Below are positions 45,701-47,938 of a stretch of DNA of 47,938 bases, piece by piece; the first letter of the stretch is position 1; each line of letters begins with the position of its first letter. Origin of the DNA: Candidatus Intestinimonas stercorigallinarum (GTDB lineage: Bacteria; Bacillota; Clostridia; Oscillospirales; Oscillospiraceae). A model generated the notes under the pieces. The model worked only from the letters and a program-made list of their open reading frames with translations. It made no database searches and was not told the DNA's origin. The stretch is from NCBI GenBank assembly GCA_019115345.1, contig DXDV01000237.1:1-47938 (forward strand), read 5' to 3'. Made by a program: the position numbers and the translations under genes.

Positions 45701-45940
45701 GACCATGATGTCGTTGTCCGTGCCGCTCAGGTGGTACCAGGCGCATTTTTCCGGGTAGCGCTTGGCGTAGTGGGTGAGGAGGACGGTCTTGCCGTAGCCC
45801 ATCCCGGCGCTGACGATGATGAGCCGCTCCTCGGCGTCGTTGAGCCGCTGGATGAGCTGCTCGCGGACCAGGAAATTCCGGGAGGCGGTGGGGGTCTGGA
45901 TCTTCGATTCCAGGAAGCTGTCTTTCTTTTCCAAAACCAT
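42776..45940 (-). CDS. MalT-like STAND NTPase + TPR + C-terminal SARP-type (winged helix/BTAD) transcriptional regulator
   Basis: SKIQTP...LVREQL, AGMGYGKT, WYHL...DND, VLDDFQ, EGWPAG; C-terminal VRAFGRL.V..WRTRKAQELFAYL..LWP, LYAGPYL, EPYDE, L..DLDAEP; RBS GGAGGAGG. Confidence 0.9.
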   Translation of the reverse strand: MVLEKKDSFLESKIQTPTASRNFLVREQLIQRLNDAEERLIIVSAGMGYGKTVLLTHYAKRYPEKCAWYHLSGTDNDIMVFARYLSKSVAKVLPAFQPDFSPYLTLDQDETLVQELALEFTAMFRELGEQEFCVVLDDFQVIENEWIFRFLNIILDHQPGGLRLFLCTKSAPPAFCARYLLERSAMVLGADSLAFHPEEVKLLIREYTAPEDLDRVAQAMQTYMEGWPAGVSFAILYFRQRQSRMTERELAQACQQSYLQDYFMHELFRKLPFELQHFLTSTSVLDDLRPDVCNALAGIDNAAGQLSYLERENLFILRISDQLYRCHSLFRSFLQAQLQPRQRRLQLEKASDFYLRTPNKALAAEYALACGDGQRLQNAVETAGREALAQGRLNTLRRWLEGLTALETPPTSEILLLRGQFLQRTGAWQEALALAEEVVQRLSGQTGERCLLEAKLLQAQIARERLSIDESLALLQELFPQLRPERSSLAPLRRQAGELCFQNLMDLRQFDRAMALVLAGIEDSARRGDQEGLLRGREMAAISFFVMGEYRKALRMYMVLRGSGGGAPAAPYHALYLAVSGRTEQALAQFDQLMETPPAGLSRRELEHLSLLHAMVGVLHGLAGGAAPAQEPGRGLWESAAARGSLECREFGDLVYLLQRTLRAEPLSRREEDALFGLTTGVFLLVQDGARWLTVRRLAREGETARALELCRAARSDRRLWQEGEGGRSNAFLAFLTLEESLLLRESAPEEAAALAERCARYLTENRLLCPGLTPQEQAALEALLSRRGSGLSLCAAPEEEPDPQEDGAPAKVAVRAFGRLRVLLPDGQELRWRTRKAQELFAYLFHHSGALVDRERLIDVLWPQSAPSNATSLLHTSLYNIRKSLAPYGLDQLVQREKKGYRMYMALVESDRNALEEAVRSGDPPDGDLSALYAGPYLEDIEAPWAEDSRAWYAGAFLRLCRSAAETCMERGDFSRAADCLRAAARQEPYDEDLAALLIRCYSAMGEMKNAMAVYNRLKDTLAEDLDAEPGEEVTRIYKECLLRRLGNGRSLK

Positions 45941-46026
45941 CCCCTCCTCCCAGGCGCGACGGCAAATCGTGACGATACAGCAAATATAGCACAAATGCCG
46001 GTCTTTGAAATCACCCGCTCTTCGAC

Positions 46027-46066
46027 AAAAAAAGGCTATGCCTGCGGTATTCCGCAGGCATAGCCT
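46027..46066 (-). terminator. Intrinsic terminator after the HTH-LuxR gene
   Basis: Perfect 15-bp stem AGGCTATGCCTGCGG / CCGCAGGCATAGCCT with an A7 tract on the plus strand (U7 on minus). Confidence 0.88.
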
Positions 46067-46173
46067 GAGCCTGTCGACAAAGTCCCTGGGGACGTTTCGA
46101 CAGCCTGTATCCCGTTCCTCTCCCGCCCTCTCCGGGACGGAAACGTCCTCCGCTGCCCGCCGCCGGGGGGCGC

Positions 46174-47391
46174 TCAGCGCAGCATGTATTTTTTGAGATC
46201 CTTGCGCTGCTTGAGGTGCAGCTTTTTCAGGGCGGTGGAGATGTACTGCTTGACGGTGTTGGGGGAGATGCCCATGTGATCGGAGATCTCCTGGTTGGTC
46301 CAGCCCCGGGTGGCCAGCATGGCGGCGGCAAACTCGGTGGTGGTGAGATTGTCGGCCACCTCCTCCCCGGTCTGGGGGTTGTGGACCCGCCGCCACCCGG
46401 CGGAAAAGCGGTAGGTGATGGCGATGATGCGGCGGAAATCCTCGGGGTAGTCCTTTTTCAGCACCGCCTCCAGCATCCCGCCCAGCAGGCCGTGGTGCTC
46501 CCCCAGCCCCTCGATCAGGTCGTCGGGCCGGGCCAGCTCCCAGGCCGCCAGCAGGTGCCGCTGGGCCTCCTCCGGCTGCTTGAGGGCCATGCAGTCCATC
46601 ACCGCCGCCAGGTGCATGTAGATGGCGGGGATGGGATAGCGGTGGCCGTGCATGCCGAAGCCCACCTCCACGATGCCCAGGCTCTTGCCGTATTCCCCCT
46701 GGAGGTAGATCTGGTGGGCCTGGACGTACAGGGCGAACATCTGAAGCCCCGGCGGCAGGAGCTGGAGGTGGGCGAGGAGGCCGCCCTCCTCCTCCGGCGG
46801 GGGCAGATGGAGAAGGACGGCGGCGGTGGTGATGATAAAGACGGCGGAGGCCCGCAGCTGGGGCGGCAGCTCGTCTCCCCCGTCGGCCAGGGTGCTGCGG
46901 ACCTGGGCCAGGGTGTGCTGGGCCCGCTGGATCTGGCCGATGGAGAGGTTGGCGTAGGTGTAGATGAGGCAGGCCGACAGCCGCAGGGACAGGTCGGAGT
47001 GGGAGAGGTAGACCTCCGCCTCCCGGGCGGCCTGCTCGGGCACTCCGCTGAAATAGTGGTATTCGGCCAGGGCGATGTCCCGCAGCCTGGGGTCCTGGAG
47101 CCCCTCCACATACTCCATGCAGTGCCCCGGCAGGAAGGGGGCGTTCATCAGGGGCATCGGGGTCAGACAGGGGGTGGAAGGGGCGTCGGGAGAGGGCGCC
47201 GGGCCGGGTCCCGGCTTGGCCGCCGGCACGGGCCGCCGGGGGTCCGAGGGCTTCCGGGTGCCGGCGGGAATGGCCCAGGCGCCGCCGAATTTTTGGGCGC
47301 CCTCAATGCGCCCGTCGGCGCAGTACTGCTGGATGAGCCGCTCAGAGACCTTCCACTTTTCGGCGGCCTCTCGGGTGGTGATGTATTCCAT
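46174..47391 (-). CDS. Transcriptional regulator with N-terminal excisionase-like HTH and C-terminal LuxR HTH
   Basis: MEYITTREAAEKWKVSER.IQ.YC..GRIEGA.K.G..W.IP...KP.DPR; C-terminal LTTTE...LATRGWTNQEISDHMGISPNTVKQYIS; RBS GGAGG. Confidence 0.9.
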   Translation of the reverse strand: MEYITTREAAEKWKVSERLIQQYCADGRIEGAQKFGGAWAIPAGTRKPSDPRRPVPAAKPGPGPAPSPDAPSTPCLTPMPLMNAPFLPGHCMEYVEGLQDPRLRDIALAEYHYFSGVPEQAAREAEVYLSHSDLSLRLSACLIYTYANLSIGQIQRAQHTLAQVRSTLADGGDELPPQLRASAVFIITTAAVLLHLPPPEEEGGLLAHLQLLPPGLQMFALYVQAHQIYLQGEYGKSLGIVEVGFGMHGHRYPIPAIYMHLAAVMDCMALKQPEEAQRHLLAAWELARPDDLIEGLGEHHGLLGGMLEAVLKKDYPEDFRRIIAITYRFSAGWRRVHNPQTGEEVADNLTTTEFAAAMLATRGWTNQEISDHMGISPNTVKQYISTALKKLHLKQRKDLKKYMLR

Positions 47392-47434
47392 AGGGATCCT
47401 CCGTGGTCGTTGCGCAGCTGGTGTGACAGACATT

Positions 47435-47463
47435 ATTATATGCGGTTTGCCGCATAGTTTCAA
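47435..47463 (-). promoter_or_regulatory. Sigma-A-type promoter with a palindrome in the spacer
   Basis: Minus strand TTGAAA-17bp-TATAAT; inverted repeat TATGCGG-N4-CCGCATA at 47439-47456. Confidence 0.8.
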
Positions 47464-47478
47464 GAGCGGCGGGGAGAG

Positions 47479-47521
47479 AAAAAAGTCCGCCCCGCCGTGC
47501 CGGCGCGGGCACAGCGGGGCG
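47479..47521 (-). terminator. Intrinsic terminator after the DUF711 gene
   Basis: GC stem CGCCCCGC.GTGCC / GGCAC.GCGGGGCG with a minus-strand T6 tail. Confidence 0.7.
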
Positions 47522-47547
47522 CTGATGGGGCCAAAGATCACGATACG

Positions 47548-47938
47548 TCAGTTCTTCAGGCTCTGCATGGGGGCGGGGATACGGCCGCCGCGCTGGATGA
47601 AGGCGGCGGAGCCAAAGGGGTGGACGGGCATGACGGGGGCGGAGCCCAGCAGCCCGCCGAACTCCACCGTATCCCCCACGGCCTTGCCGGGGGCGGGGAT
47701 GATGCGCACGGCGGTGGTCTTGGAGTTGACCATGCCGATGGCGGCCTCGTCGGCGATGATGGCGGCCAGGGTCTCGGCGGTGGTGTCGCCGGGGACGGCG
47801 ATCATGTCCAGGCCCACCGAGCACACGCAGGTCATGGCCTCCAGCTTGTCCAGAGATAGGGCGCCGGACTGGGCGGCGGCGATCATGCCCTCGTCCTCGC
47901 TCACCGGGATGAAGGCGCCGGACAGGCCGCCCACGCTG
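47548..47938 (-). CDS. DUF711 / UPF0210 (PFL-like) family protein, 3' part
   Basis: [65 protein letters not shown]. Confidence 0.93.
   Translation of the reverse strand, partial: SVGGLSGAFIPVSEDEGMIAAAQSGALSLDKLEAMTCVCSVGLDMIAVPGDTTAETLAAIIADEAAIGMVNSKTTAVRIIPAPGKAVGDTVEFGGLLGSAPVMPVHPFGSAAFIQRGGRIPAPMQSLKN

Noticed and set aside
37437-46063. Plus-strand ORFs 37437-39788, 40650-42827 and 43313-46063
   Set aside because: Antisense to the sheath, ATPase and regulator genes.

Overview
High-GC Firmicutes (Oscillospiraceae/Clostridia-like; inferred from gene content and SLH domains) chromosomal window. Left end: 3' part of gltB plus gltD with a terminator, then a 5'-truncated L-fucose-isomerase-like gene cut by an intact-looking IS110 element (3431-4971) whose left end folds like a bridge RNA, then a small TM+HMA gene. 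From about 45940 down to 5437 the minus strand carries a co-oriented contractile injection system (eCIS/PVC/Afp-like) locus: sheath, two tubes, tail-assembly chaperone with a probable -1 frameshift into a DUF6760-like ORF, LysM tube initiator, separate gp27-like and gp5-like spike genes, gp25, two baseplate J-like genes, gpI-like wedge, DUF4255 cap, DUF4280 PAAR-like tip and two AAA+ ATPases. No capsid, terminase or lysis genes were recognised. Interleaved is an unusual cell-envelope module (TM pseudokinase-like protein, TM-MORN protein, HAMP receptor with a degenerate cyclase domain, SLH surface protein, TM-anchored TolC-like protein) and a candidate membrane-inserting cargo next to a T3SS-chaperone-like gene. 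A MalT-like/SARP hybrid regulator heads the locus. The right end has an HTH-LuxR regulator and the 3' part of a DUF711/PFL-family gene. All family assignments come from motif recognition by eye, not database searches.
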